From the IMG/VR virus record IMGVR_UViG_3300044820_000076, positions 1 to 34,472 of that record: 34,472 nucleotides of DNA, one strand, 5' to 3'. Under the pieces are notes generated by a model. It was not told the origin of the DNA. It saw only the letters and a list, made by a program, of their open reading frames with translations, and did not search any database. Both the position numbers and the translations under genes were made by a program. Positions 1-9,782 of this stretch are shown piece after piece. Position 1 is the stretch's first letter. Each line of letters opens with the position of its first letter. The stretch is from a virus (Duplodnaviria > Caudoviricetes).

Positions 1-2
1 CG

Positions 3-347
3 CTAACACAAAACGTAGCGCCAGAAGTCTATACTGCCATTAGCAAAGAAAATATTAAAGATATAAGCGACTATATCGGTTCTCCTATGACAGCCACGAC
101 ATTCTCAAAAGACGATGACAAAGTAACAAACAGAGAAATTATTACGGCAGAAATTATTTATTATTGGATGATCACTCTGAACGTTCCTTTTGAGTGCCAG
201 AAGTGGCATCTCAATCGTCTTTTAACGCTTATTAATGTGTGTAATATTAAGAATCAACCATCTAAAAACATGAGTAAACAGGATGTTTTAGCTAGAAATC
301 GTGCTCTCAATGAGGCGAGGAAAGCGCAACTTAATACTAAAGGCTAA
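3..347 (+). CDS. Tail assembly chaperone-like protein, 5'-truncated by the window edge
   Basis: The frame is open from position 3 (LTQNVAPEVY...) into ORF 87..347. The C-terminal 'IIYYWMI..NVPFECQKWHLNRLLTLI' resembles pre-tape-measure chaperones, and the gene lies two genes before the TMP. Confidence 0.6.
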   Translation, partial: LTQNVAPEVYTAISKENIKDISDYIGSPMTATTFSKDDDKVTNREIITAEIIYYWMITLNVPFECQKWHLNRLLTLINVCNIKNQPSKNMSKQDVLARNRALNEARKAQLNTKG

Positions 348-357
348 AGGAGTTATT

Positions 358-738
358 ATGATTCGTTTCAAACAGTCTGGTAACTTCAATAATTCTGAGA
401 AGTTTCTTACTCGCGCTCAGAAGATTAAAATAGAACTTGTTTTGGAGAAATATGGACATGTTGGCGTCGCGGCCTTGTCCTCAGCTACACCAAAAGATAC
501 CGGTTACACGGCCGATGCTTGGGATTATGAGGTAAGCGTCAAAGATAGTGGGTATAGTATAGCCTGGACAAACTCAAGTGTTACTCCTGACGGTATTCCC
601 ATTGTTATTCTTTTACAATATGGGCATGGTAATGGTAAAGGTGGCTATGTCGAGGGTCGGGATTTCATCAATCCTGCAATGAGGCCCATATTTGACAAGG
701 TAGCAGAAAATCTATGGCAGGAGGTGACTAAGTTATGA
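358..738 (+). CDS. HK97 gp10-like tail completion/neck protein
   Basis: AAGGAG RBS before ATG358; 'ATPKDTG..A.AW' and 'LQYGHG...GGYVEGRDFINPA' motifs; ATGA overlap with the TMP gene. Confidence 0.7.
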   Translation: MIRFKQSGNFNNSEKFLTRAQKIKIELVLEKYGHVGVAALSSATPKDTGYTADAWDYEVSVKDSGYSIAWTNSSVTPDGIPIVILLQYGHGNGKGGYVEGRDFINPAMRPIFDKVAENLWQEVTKL

Positions 739-3700
739 GTACAATTGATAAACGTGTCGTCGAGATGGATTTTGATAATCAAGGGTTTGAGGCTGGGACT
801 AAAACGAGTCTCAACTCAATTGCTCTTCTTAAAAAAAGTCTTAATTTCGACGACTCTGTAAGAAGTTTGAACGGCCTTGCCTCCGCTGGTAAATCATTTT
901 CTCTAGCAGGAATTGGCGAGGGCGTACAAAATATCTCCAACTCATTTTCTGCGTTGGGAATCATGGGGATAACCATATTATCGAACATTGCTACCGCAGC
1001 CTTAAATCTTGGAGAAAAACTTGTTAAGGTTGCTCTTGGCATCGACCAAATTCAAGGCGGTTTTGCTGAGTATGAGCAAGGGTTGACAGCTTTTCAAACA
1101 ATCGTTGCTAATACCAAGACTGCTGGGGCAACAATTGATGACGTGAATGCGGCTATGGTAGCATTGAACAAATATGCCAACTTAACTATTTATAGTTTTG
1201 GTGACATGACAAAGGCCATCGGTCTTTTCACCGCGCAAGGTGTCAAACTAGACGACTCTGTCTCGGCGATCAAAGGTATATTTAATATCATTTCTCTTAC
1301 TGGCGGTGACGCTAATAAGGCAAATGGTGCCATTTATCAATTGTCGCAGGCCATTGCCAGCGGTACAGTTAGAGCACAAGACTGGATCTCAGTTATTAAT
1401 GCCGGTATTGGTGGCGAGGATTTTCAGCATCAACTCGAGCAAACAGCTCGTGTGCATGGTGTCGCTGTCGATAAGATGATCAAGAAGGAAGGTAGTTTTA
1501 GATTATCACTACAGGATGGGTGGCTGTCTTCCCAAATTCTTCTTGAGACTTTACAACAATACACTGGTGATTTGTCCGCGTCCCAACTTAAATCGATGGG
1601 ATACTCCGAAAAGCAGATCAAGCAAATCCAAGAACTTGGCGCTACAGCCAATGAGACAGCGACAAAAATGAAGTCTGTTTCTCAATTAATTGAGACGTTA
1701 ACTTCTAATACTGTCACCGGTTGGGCTGCAAGTTTTAAATATGTGATCGGAGACCTTGACGAGGCGTCAGCTATTTGGACCGAGATTGGTGGGACAATCG
1801 GTAATGTCTTGCAAGACTCAACAAATGCTCGCAATGAACTTCTTCGTGGTTGGAAAGCGTTTGGCGGTAGAGTAGCTCTTATAGATGGAATTCGCAATGC
1901 GTTTACTGCTCTTGGAGCGATTTTAACGCCGATCAGTCAAGCAATGTCCGAGGTATTTCCTGCTATCACATCGCAAGAATTGAAGATGCTGACAGTCGGG
2001 GTCAGAGACTTTGTCAAAAGCTTAATTCTAAACGAAGATGCCGCTGCAAAAGTAAAAACTATTTTCAAAGGCCTCTTTTCCATATTTGACATCGTTGCTA
2101 AGTCTATTAAGGCGGTTGTCGATGGGCTATTAAAGCTAGCTGGGGCTTCCGATTTAGGCGGTAAAGCTACAAGTATTCTCGACTTTGCTGCTGGTTTAGC
2201 CACGGCTGTAACCAAATTTCGTGATTGGGCAATTGCTAACGACGAGTTTAACAAAACAGTAACAAAGATTGGCATATTTTTAGGCAAAGCAAAAGATTCT
2301 ATCGTCAAGTTTGTTAAAGATTTTAGTGCCGCCTTCGAAGAGTTTAAGAAGAAATTTCAGACTTTTGCCAATACGGTAGTGACAAATCCAACAGTTATGG
2401 CGGTCGTTGACGGACTAAAAGCTTTTGTCGGTGTTCTAGTAACCCTTTTCAACAACGTGCGTAAGATAGATTTCCGGTCTATATTTACTAAGATCAGTGG
2501 AGATTTCGAGGCTTTTCGTAAGACCGTTGCCGAGAATGGGTTGTTCGCAGCGATTGTTGAGGGAATTAAGAATTTCGGTACTACCATTGGAAAGATATTT
2601 GATTCTTTCGGAAAAGTTAGTACTGGAGGTCTTGACAATTTAGGAACTCGTATCAGCGAACGTTTTGGTTTTCTATCAAATATCGGGGACACGTTAGCTA
2701 AGATATTTGCTACGATGGGTCCTCGAATTCAAAAAGCATTCTCCATATTCTCTAAGATTATGGGTGCTGTTGGCGATATTCTTGGTAAGATTATTGACGC
2801 CGTGTTGAACGGCCTTGATAATATTGACTTCAAAAATGTCGACTTTAGTAAGTTCTTTGACACTCTTAATGCCGGTCTACTTAGTGGATTGATCCTCGCT
2901 GTCACGGGTTTCGTTAAAAATGGGAGCAGTATTTTTGACGGAATCAAGGATATTTTCAAAGGTGTTAAAGGCTTTGAGAGCAGTTCTAAAGGTGTTTTGG
3001 ATGGAATCAGAGGCGTACTAGATGGCGCTAAAGATAGTTTTAAAGCCTGGCAAGAGCAATTGAAAGCCAAAGTTTTGATGCAGATTGCTTTAGCTGTTGC
3101 TATCTTGGCAGCGTCCCTTATCGCATTAACACTGGTTGACTCGGCCAAATTGACTATCGCCTTGGGATCTCTCACTATCCTTTTCGCAAATCTTTTCGGA
3201 TCGATAGCAATACTTGACAAGGCTGGTGGATCAGAGGGCTTTGGCTCAATGGGAAAAGCGGCTATTGGCTTAACTGCCATATCTATTTCTGTTGGAATAA
3301 TGACACTAGCGGTTATACCACTAGCGAATCTTGACCCAACAAAATTGGCTAATGCCATGCTGTCGATTACAGAACTGGTAGGACTTGTTGTAGGGGCATC
3401 TTTGTCCTTATCAACCAATTCAGGAACGATCTTAAAGACGTCGGGTGGGATGATCTTATTCTCAGTTGCTCTAGGCCTGCTAGTTGGTTCGGTCAAGAGA
3501 ATGAGCGATATAGATCTTACAAAACTCGAGCATGGATTGTTTGGCCTTGGCGTTATAATGGGTGAACTTGCCATATTTATGAAGGTAACCGACAAACTCA
3601 ATGGAAAAGCTATTATAAACTCAGTAGGTATATTAATACTGGCTGGGGCATTAATAGTGATGTCTGTTGCTGTCGGTAAATTTGGTGATATGAAACTCGA

Positions 3701-5507
3701 CACAATGCTAACGGGTCTTGCCGTAATCAGTGGTGTTCTTGCTGCGCTGGCGCTCTTCACAAACATGACAAAGAAAGCAACCAACGTTATTGAGACTGCT
3801 GCCGGACTTGTCATCATCGGTGCATCTATGCTCATATTTGCTGAGGCAATAAAGAGGATGGGTGCCTTGTCCTGGGATGAGATTGGTAAGGGTCTTGCGA
3901 CAATGGCTGGCGCATTAGCTTCTGTGGCTGTTGCGTTGTTATTATTGCCAAAAGATACATTGATAAAGAGTGTTGGATTGGTTGTAGTAGCTGGTGCTTT
4001 AGTTATCCTGGCTGGCGTGATGAAAACCTTAGGCGGAATGAGTTGGGATCAAGTAAGCGTAGGTCTTACAACTCTTGCCACAGCCTTAGGAATAATCGCT
4101 GTAGCTATGGGCGCCATGGAAGAAGGTCTTCCTGGGGCAGCAGCAATGCTTGTTATGGCCGCAGCTCTACTTGTGCTTATACCGGTGCTCACAACGCTTG
4201 GCGCCATGTCTCTTGCCCAAGTTGGTATCGCATTACTAGCGATCGCTGGCATATTTACTGTTCTAGGATTGGCAGGCCTCATTCTCACACCTGTTGTGCC
4301 TATCATAGCAGCCTTGGCGGCCGTGCTACTTCTCTTTGGGGTGGCGTGCGTATCTATTGGGGTTGGTATGCTGGCATTTGCAGCGGGCTTGACAATGATG
4401 GCAGCAATTACTGGGGTAGGGGTAACGGCAATAACCGTTCTTATAACGGGCCTTATTGCTTTGATTCCTCTGATCGCAACACAAATAGCACAAGGTATCA
4501 TATCCTTTGCTAAGACGGTTGGCGATGGCGCTCCGGTGATTGGCGAAGCTATATTGGCATGTCTAAAAGCTTGGCTAAATACAATCGTAGCATTTACTCC
4601 GCAATTTGTGAGCACAATGCTCGATTTAATAACCCAAACTTTAAAGACAATCGCCGATAAATTGCCAGATATCATCGCTGCAGGTATGAGCATCGTCATG
4701 GCCATACTTAAAGGCGTTCAAGATAATATCTATCAGATAGTAACGACTGCTATATCTATCGTTACTAAGTTTATTGACGCAGTGTCAGCAAAACTACCAG
4801 ATATTATTGACAGCGGCCTTAAGTTGATCGTGGCATTTGTTAGTGGTTTGGCTGATGGCATTGATAAAAATACTAAGCCAATGAACGAAGCTTGTATCAA
4901 ACTTGGTAAGGCGATTGTTGATGGTGTCATAGGCGGATTGGTTGGCGGAATTGGCTCGGTGATCGGTGCCGTGCAGGATATGGCAAATCAGGCTGTTCAT
5001 GCTTTTTATAAAGCTATTCAAGCTAGATCACCGTCAAAGCTTTTCAGAAAGATCGCCAACTATATTCCAGCAGGAGTAGTTCTTGGGATAAAGGATGGCA
5101 GTTCTGCTGTTGCAGGAGCTATAGATGACATGGCTGGGTCTGCCATATCGAACATGACAAATGCCGTTAGTATGATCGCCAGTTCCATCGATACAAACAT
5201 TGATGCTAATCCTACGATTCGTCCGGTCATCGATCTAACGAATATTGAGGATGGAGGAAAGCAGATAGATAGTCTTCTTAGTAATAAAACTATCAACGTA
5301 TCTGCGTCTGTATCCAAGGCGTCCAGTATTACCAGTGGTATGCAGGCAACAAGTACTATCAAGCAGACTGCCAGCCAAGCGTCAGGACAGATAGCTACCA
5401 TATCCTTGACCCAAATCAATAATTCTCCAGCTGCCTTATCACGACTAGAAATCTACAGGCAAACGAAGAATCAAATTTCAACTTTGAGAGGACTAATACC
5501 CGCATGA
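735..5507 (+). CDS. Tail tape measure protein (1590 aa)
   Basis: Very long Ala/Gly/Leu/Ile-rich helical protein with an N-terminal tape-measure domain, a hydrophobic repeat stretch and a C-terminal 'SPSKLF' motif; precedes Dit/Tal. Confidence 0.95.
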   Translation: MSTIDKRVVEMDFDNQGFEAGTKTSLNSIALLKKSLNFDDSVRSLNGLASAGKSFSLAGIGEGVQNISNSFSALGIMGITILSNIATAALNLGEKLVKVALGIDQIQGGFAEYEQGLTAFQTIVANTKTAGATIDDVNAAMVALNKYANLTIYSFGDMTKAIGLFTAQGVKLDDSVSAIKGIFNIISLTGGDANKANGAIYQLSQAIASGTVRAQDWISVINAGIGGEDFQHQLEQTARVHGVAVDKMIKKEGSFRLSLQDGWLSSQILLETLQQYTGDLSASQLKSMGYSEKQIKQIQELGATANETATKMKSVSQLIETLTSNTVTGWAASFKYVIGDLDEASAIWTEIGGTIGNVLQDSTNARNELLRGWKAFGGRVALIDGIRNAFTALGAILTPISQAMSEVFPAITSQELKMLTVGVRDFVKSLILNEDAAAKVKTIFKGLFSIFDIVAKSIKAVVDGLLKLAGASDLGGKATSILDFAAGLATAVTKFRDWAIANDEFNKTVTKIGIFLGKAKDSIVKFVKDFSAAFEEFKKKFQTFANTVVTNPTVMAVVDGLKAFVGVLVTLFNNVRKIDFRSIFTKISGDFEAFRKTVAENGLFAAIVEGIKNFGTTIGKIFDSFGKVSTGGLDNLGTRISERFGFLSNIGDTLAKIFATMGPRIQKAFSIFSKIMGAVGDILGKIIDAVLNGLDNIDFKNVDFSKFFDTLNAGLLSGLILAVTGFVKNGSSIFDGIKDIFKGVKGFESSSKGVLDGIRGVLDGAKDSFKAWQEQLKAKVLMQIALAVAILAASLIALTLVDSAKLTIALGSLTILFANLFGSIAILDKAGGSEGFGSMGKAAIGLTAISISVGIMTLAVIPLANLDPTKLANAMLSITELVGLVVGASLSLSTNSGTILKTSGGMILFSVALGLLVGSVKRMSDIDLTKLEHGLFGLGVIMGELAIFMKVTDKLNGKAIINSVGILILAGALIVMSVAVGKFGDMKLDTMLTGLAVISGVLAALALFTNMTKKATNVIETAAGLVIIGASMLIFAEAIKRMGALSWDEIGKGLATMAGALASVAVALLLLPKDTLIKSVGLVVVAGALVILAGVMKTLGGMSWDQVSVGLTTLATALGIIAVAMGAMEEGLPGAAAMLVMAAALLVLIPVLTTLGAMSLAQVGIALLAIAGIFTVLGLAGLILTPVVPIIAALAAVLLLFGVACVSIGVGMLAFAAGLTMMAAITGVGVTAITVLITGLIALIPLIATQIAQGIISFAKTVGDGAPVIGEAILACLKAWLNTIVAFTPQFVSTMLDLITQTLKTIADKLPDIIAAGMSIVMAILKGVQDNIYQIVTTAISIVTKFIDAVSAKLPDIIDSGLKLIVAFVSGLADGIDKNTKPMNEACIKLGKAIVDGVIGGLVGGIGSVIGAVQDMANQAVHAFYKAIQARSPSKLFRKIANYIPAGVVLGIKDGSSAVAGAIDDMAGSAISNMTNAVSMIASSIDTNIDANPTIRPVIDLTNIEDGGKQIDSLLSNKTINVSASVSKASSITSGMQATSTIKQTASQASGQIATISLTQINNSPAALSRLEIYRQTKNQISTLRGLIPA

Positions 5508-5632
5508 TAAAAAAACTAATCGCATGGTTGTTAGTCATTCTTACGGAGATTTTCAAGCAGAAACTCACTCCTATACCAGTAAAGGTAAAAAAGATTGAGT
5601 TTCCAATGGAATTTCCTTTTGAATCAAATTAA
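5504..5632 (+). CDS. Small 42-aa protein between TMP and Dit (MIKKLIAWLLVIL...EFPMEFPFESN)
   Basis: Manually translated; ATGA overlap with the TMP stop and GAGG upstream; fills the gap before Dit; below the ORF-track size limit. Confidence 0.45.
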   Translation: MIKKLIAWLLVILTEIFKQKLTPIPVKVKKIEFPMEFPFESN

Positions 5633-5669
5633 TTAGACTTTATCTCAAGAAAGGATTGGTAATTTTGAT

Positions 5670-6575
5670 ATGATAAACGCAATAACAGTAACCAACCACT
5701 TGGGCGAGTCTATCACTATGGAATTGAAGTTCCCGGAGAAATCCGGGTTCTTCATCCGTAATGTGGATGGTCTTACGCCACCCAAAGCAACTGTCAACAT
5801 AACTGAGATAGCCTCAATGGATGGGGCTACTTTTAATTCAGCAAGACTCAACTCAAGGAATGTGGTGTTTTCGTTAGGATTTTTAGAATGTCCAACGATT
5901 GAGGATGCTCGTCAGAAGACATATAAATATTTTCCACTAAAGCATCAAATCAATATCATTGTGGAAACAGACAATCGTATTTGCGAGGTAAATGGGGTTG
6001 TTGAGTCTAACGAGCCAACCATATTTGACAAAGAAGAAGGCACTGTCATCTCTGTTGTATGTCCGACATCATATTTAAACTCGTTACTAAAAGGAGTGAC
6101 AAACTTCAGTTTTGCTGGAGCGATGTTTGAATTTCCATTTTCTAATGAGTCACTCACTGAGAAATTACTCATCATAAGCGATCTTCAGATCCATACAACC
6201 AAATCAGTCTACTATGATGGGGATATCCCTGTTGGAGTTCTTATTTTTATTCATGCGATTGGCTCTGTCACAAATATCAGGATTATTAACACCAGAACTC
6301 GTGAAATCATGGCGATCAACACGACTCGCATAGCAGAAATAACTGGACACGGCATCGAGGAAGGCGACGATATTATCATATCGACCATCAAAGGCGACAA
6401 ATTTGTGATATTACAGCGAGAGGGGGTTGCTTATAATATTATGAACTCAACAGATAAGGACCGAGATTGGTTCCAGCTTGACCAGGGCGATAACCTTTTC
6501 ACTTATACGGCTGAGGCCGGAGTTGAGAACTTGCAGTTCAGAGTCGAAAATCAAATTGCATACGACGGAGTCTAA
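5670..6575 (+). CDS. Distal tail protein (Dit)
   Basis: Directly after the TMP; 'DGLTPPKA.VN...DGA.FNSARLNSRNVVF' N-terminus and 'WFQLDQGDN' C-terminus are typical of Dit. Confidence 0.85.
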   Translation: MINAITVTNHLGESITMELKFPEKSGFFIRNVDGLTPPKATVNITEIASMDGATFNSARLNSRNVVFSLGFLECPTIEDARQKTYKYFPLKHQINIIVETDNRICEVNGVVESNEPTIFDKEEGTVISVVCPTSYLNSLLKGVTNFSFAGAMFEFPFSNESLTEKLLIISDLQIHTTKSVYYDGDIPVGVLIFIHAIGSVTNIRIINTRTREIMAINTTRIAEITGHGIEEGDDIIISTIKGDKFVILQREGVAYNIMNSTDKDRDWFQLDQGDNLFTYTAEAGVENLQFRVENQIAYDGV

Positions 6576-6578
6576 AAT

Positions 6579-7652
6579 ATGGAAATAACCACTTTAGATC
6601 GGAATCTTGTGCAATTGGACGTTTTGGATTTGTATGAGTCTTTAATTTGGACAGAACGTTATAGCAAAGCGGGTGATTTTGAGATCGCAGCTCCTCCGAT
6701 CAGTAATATTCTAAATAAGTTGAACGGAGTAGAATACCTGGCCCTTGACGAGTCCGATCGTTTGATGGTTTTTGACAGCATGAATATCCACACCGACGTC
6801 GAGGCTGGTAACAAAATAATCGTTAAAGGCCCGTCACTCGAGTCAATTCTTAATCGCCGAATTGTCTGGGAACAGACCATTTTGCAGGGCAATTTTCAGC
6901 AAGCGATGTGGCGTCTAATAACGGATAACGCTATCAATCCAACAAATCCTGCCAGAATGATATCAAGGCTAGATTTTGCGTATTCTGATGATCCCATATT
7001 TACGACACTTGAGGTAGACGCGCAATTGTTTGGAAATAACCTATATGACGCCGTGACAGATCTATGCACGAGTAAGGGTGTCGGCTTCAAGATAACAGTT
7101 CTTGATAATGGCATGTTCCAGTTCAAATTGTACGCTGGCACTGATCGTTCATATTCTCAAATAGCAAATCCTTACGTTGTGTTTTCCCCAAAATCTGAAA
7201 ATCTGATAAATGCTGACTATAATCAAAGCACTAGCAGTTTGAAAAATACTACGTTGGTAGTTGGTGAGATTGGTGTTGGTAACGGTCGCCGAGCTATAGA
7301 AGTTGGCGTTCCTGGGGGAATGTATTCCGATATTGATAGGCGAGAAATCTTCACTGATGCTAGTGGCGTGACACGTGCTGTGCAAAATGCTGATCCTCTA
7401 ACCGACGATGAATATGACGCCCAGTTGCGCCAAAAAGGTCTAGAAACGCTGTTTAATAACCAGGAAATCAAGACTTTTGAAGGCCAGGTTGATGCTACAT
7501 ATTTGTATACCCTAGATAAAGATTATCTCATGGGAGATATTGTCCAGGTTGAGGATAGTTATGGGCATGAGGCTCGTTCTAGAGTAACCGAGGTTATTCG
7601 TTGCCTGGACAACTCTGGAACAAAAACCTATCCAACATTTAGTCCAATTTAA
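6579..7652 (+). CDS. Tail hub/Tal-like minor tail protein (ReqiPepy6 Gp37-like)
   Basis: 'YESLIWTERY..AGDFE', 'RREIFTDA' and 'DYLMGDIVQV' motifs; follows Dit. Confidence 0.85.
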   Translation: MEITTLDRNLVQLDVLDLYESLIWTERYSKAGDFEIAAPPISNILNKLNGVEYLALDESDRLMVFDSMNIHTDVEAGNKIIVKGPSLESILNRRIVWEQTILQGNFQQAMWRLITDNAINPTNPARMISRLDFAYSDDPIFTTLEVDAQLFGNNLYDAVTDLCTSKGVGFKITVLDNGMFQFKLYAGTDRSYSQIANPYVVFSPKSENLINADYNQSTSSLKNTTLVVGEIGVGNGRRAIEVGVPGGMYSDIDRREIFTDASGVTRAVQNADPLTDDEYDAQLRQKGLETLFNNQEIKTFEGQVDATYLYTLDKDYLMGDIVQVEDSYGHEARSRVTEVIRCLDNSGTKTYPTFSPI

Positions 7653-7667
7653 AAAAGGAATATGCTA

Positions 7668-8804
7668 ATGAGTTTAACATGTGGTTTTTATAATTCAATT
7701 GACGGTGATCGCAAATATGATTCTCCTCAGATGTCCAGTTTATTCGATGGAATTATCCGAGATGGCGTCTTTATGTCGATTGGCACGTGTCTTGTAGTGA
7801 CGCCTGGCGGTGGAATGAATTTAACCGTCGGTGCAGGCCGGGCTTGGTTCAACCATACCTGGACTTATAATGACGCGGCAATGGTCCTTTCCTTGGATCA
7901 ATCAGATCTGGTTTCTCCACGAATTGACGCTGTAGTTCTGGAAATCAATTCTTTGAATGATGTCCGAACTAACACCATTAAGAAAATCACGGGAACACCC
8001 GGGACATATCCGGCTAGGCCTACGTGGACCAACACACCAGCAGTTCACACATATCCTCTTGCTTATGTTCTGGTTCCCACTGGCGCGACAGAGAATACCA
8101 CTGGTAATATCACAAATATGGTTGGCACTTCAGACTGTCCATTCGTTACGGGGCCTTTAACTGGCATTAATAGCGACACTCTTCTTACTCAGTGGAACGC
8201 TCAATTTGGTGTGTGGTTCCAGCATATGAAAGATCAGCTTGATACCGATGCTGCTGGGCATTTACAAAATGAAGTCGACGCTTTGGTTGCTGCGGACATT
8301 CTCATTAATACCGCCATATCCTCTGGTGACTCAACTCTCCAAGGTAACATCAATGCCGTGCAAGAGGCTTTCAATCAGGCAATGGATGTGCTCTCAAATG
8401 GCGGTGTTAGCCAAGCCTATCTTCGAGACGATGCTGGGAAAATGATTTGGCGAAAAGGTTCTGCTACGAATGACTGGTCTGCCCCTGGTAACGACAATGT
8501 ACCAGTTACCGCAGCATCAATCCAATTTGGCGTTGTTGAGGCCGATTCTCCGGTAACTATTGCTGAAAATGGCTTATTCTCTATAACCTTTCCAACGCCA
8601 TTTGTTGGGACGCCTCATGTTATTATCACACCATATAGTACTGCTGATAATGACAATGCCTACTCGGCGAATCTATATACTGTCCACTCGACCCATATCA
8701 CTGGGCGGGTTATTGCAATGAATATTACTGACGGACCCATCCTTATTCCGCATCCTGTCCGTGTCTATTGGGAAGCCAAGGGCCTAGTCGCTTTAGTGGG
8801 TTAA
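7668..8804 (+). CDS. Baseplate upper/receptor-binding minor tail protein with a C-terminal beta domain
   Basis: Conserved N-terminus 'GFYNS.DGDRKY', a coiled-coil middle and a C-terminal 'ITFPTPF...P.V...VYWEAKG' tail-fibre-tip/H-lectin-like domain. The start may be 7662. Confidence 0.75.
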   Translation: MSLTCGFYNSIDGDRKYDSPQMSSLFDGIIRDGVFMSIGTCLVVTPGGGMNLTVGAGRAWFNHTWTYNDAAMVLSLDQSDLVSPRIDAVVLEINSLNDVRTNTIKKITGTPGTYPARPTWTNTPAVHTYPLAYVLVPTGATENTTGNITNMVGTSDCPFVTGPLTGINSDTLLTQWNAQFGVWFQHMKDQLDTDAAGHLQNEVDALVAADILINTAISSGDSTLQGNINAVQEAFNQAMDVLSNGGVSQAYLRDDAGKMIWRKGSATNDWSAPGNDNVPVTAASIQFGVVEADSPVTIAENGLFSITFPTPFVGTPHVIITPYSTADNDNAYSANLYTVHSTHITGRVIAMNITDGPILIPHPVRVYWEAKGLVALVG

Positions 8805-8812
8805 GATTATGT

Positions 8813-8842
8813 CTCGCGGGAAAAACAAGCGCTATAGTGAAA
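8813..8842 (+). promoter_or_regulatory. Cassette motif copy 1 (CTCGC-N15-TATAGT-GAAA)
   Basis: CTCGC at 8813 and TATAGT at 8833; same 20-nt register as the other copies. Confidence 0.75.
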
Positions 8843-8868
8843 GAAATTAAATCTTGAAAGGATACTAT

Positions 8869-9150
8869 ATGAGCACCAAACCCAAGAAACTGAAGATTGA
8901 TGATGAGATACAGCATATACTTGAGGCTCTTAAAACGATGCCAGTAGATTCTAAAGAATATTTCACGACCTGCGATAATCTGGCCATACTGATGAAAGCG
9001 AAAAACGAAAGTAATTCGAATAAAGTTAGTATGGACACGATTGTTCTGGCCGCGACCAATATTGTCGGAATTTTGCTGGTGCTGAATTATGAGTACTTGC
9101 ATGTTGTTAGCAAAACCGCTTTAGCCCAAGTGGCTAAGTTGCGCTTGTAG
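8869..9150 (+). CDS. Hypothetical protein with a C-terminal hydrophobic helix
   Basis: TCTTGAAAGGA RBS at 8852, ATG8869; followed by a terminator. Confidence 0.8.
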   Translation: MSTKPKKLKIDDEIQHILEALKTMPVDSKEYFTTCDNLAILMKAKNESNSNKVSMDTIVLAATNIVGILLVLNYEYLHVVSKTALAQVAKLRL

Positions 9151-9172
9151 AAACCAAGAAAGATTAATTAAT

Positions 9173-9209
9173 AAAAGTAGGTGTCATGGAAACATGGCAT
9201 TTACTTTTT
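9173..9209 (+). terminator. Intrinsic terminator
   Basis: AAAAGTAGGTGTCATG-GAAA-CATGGCATTTACTTTT hairpin with a U-tract. Confidence 0.85.
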
Positions 9210-9340
9210 GCCTTTTGGCGTCAAAATGGCAGTAATCTGTAACCAACTCAATTCAAAAAATTAATTCCGGCGTCCTGTCATACAAAACATTGCCAAAAAA
9301 TTGCCCCGGTGAAAATTTCCTAAAAACAAAGATTAAAATT

Positions 9341-9370
9341 CTCGCGCGAAAAACATGTCCTATAATGAAA
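9341..9370 (+). promoter_or_regulatory. Cassette motif copy 2
   Basis: CTCGC at 9341, TATAATGAAA at 9361. Confidence 0.85.
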
Positions 9371-9394
9371 TTAAAATTCTAAAAGGAGATTATT

Positions 9395-9562
9395 ATGGAC
9401 AAGTTTTATAAATGGTTAGAACGGCAACCTGAACCCTTGCAAAATTTGATATTGGCGCCAATGGTTATTGGAGCGTATATTATCGGGTTATGCCAAGGGT
9501 CATGGGAAGCTTTCATGATCGGCTATAAAGAAGGTCGTAAAAAGATTGAGAATAGGAAATAA
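9395..9562 (+). CDS. Small membrane protein, 55 aa (MDKFYKWLERQPEPLQNLILAPMVIGAYIIG...)
   Basis: Manually translated; AAGGAG RBS; sits between the motif and a terminator. Confidence 0.75.
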   Translation: MDKFYKWLERQPEPLQNLILAPMVIGAYIIGLCQGSWEAFMIGYKEGRKKIENRK

Positions 9563-9569
9563 AATTCGT

Positions 9570-9606
9570 AAAGGTAGTGCCGTTTAAAACACGGTATTAT
9601 CTTTTT
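9570..9606 (+). terminator. Intrinsic terminator
   Basis: AAGGTAGTGCCGT-loop-ACGGTATTATCTTTTT. Confidence 0.8.
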
Positions 9607-9608
9607 AC

Positions 9609-9636
9609 CTCGCACTTTTTACACGCCTTATAATGA
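9609..9636 (+). promoter_or_regulatory. Cassette motif copy 3
   Basis: CTCGC at 9609, TATAAT at 9629. Confidence 0.85.
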
Positions 9637-9728
9637 GAAGAAGTCCTATGGACAGTCATACGGAAGTTGGGCAGCGTCGGAAACTGCAGATTTATTGGCC
9701 CCACCAATATCTTCTCATTATTTTTTTT
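9630..9728 (+). ncRNA. Candidate structured small RNA A
   Basis: Closing stem ATAATGAGAAGA/TCTTCTCATTAT, three internal hairpins (GTCC-TAT-GGAC; GCAG..CTGC; TATTGG-CCCCA-CCAATA) and a U-tract; no RBS-led ORF. Confidence 0.65.
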
Positions 9729-9756
9729 CGCGGCCTAAACATGGGCTATAATGAAA
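9727..9756 (+). promoter_or_regulatory. Cassette motif copy 4
   Basis: TTCGC at 9727, TATAATGAAA at 9747. Confidence 0.8.
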
Positions 9757-9782
9757 CTATATTTTCTATAAGGAGAGTTAGC

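Noticed and set aside
779-5419. Long minus-strand ORFs (e.g. 2729..3835, 4049..4705) and the + frame ORF 4043..4513
   Set aside because: These are shadows of the tape measure gene's codon bias, with no RBS or recognisable motifs. All credible genes are on the + strand.
7668-8804. Diversity-generating retroelement target in the RBP C-terminus
   Set aside because: No reverse transcriptase and no adenine-variant template repeat were seen in the window.
9210-9340. 130-nt gap with TTGCC repeats and short imperfect palindromes
   Set aside because: The repeats are too short to support any specific structure or site.
9661-9675. 13/15 match between RNA A (CGGAAGTTGGGCAGC) and the tRNA-like D-arm at 23067-23081
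   Set aside because: It is short enough to arise by chance, and the D-stem pairing is not retained in RNA A.
9633-9782. N-terminal extensions of track ORFs 9633, 10498, 12811, 16427 and 30675
   Set aside because: They cross promoters, RNA structures or neighbouring genes, and better RBS-led starts lie downstream.
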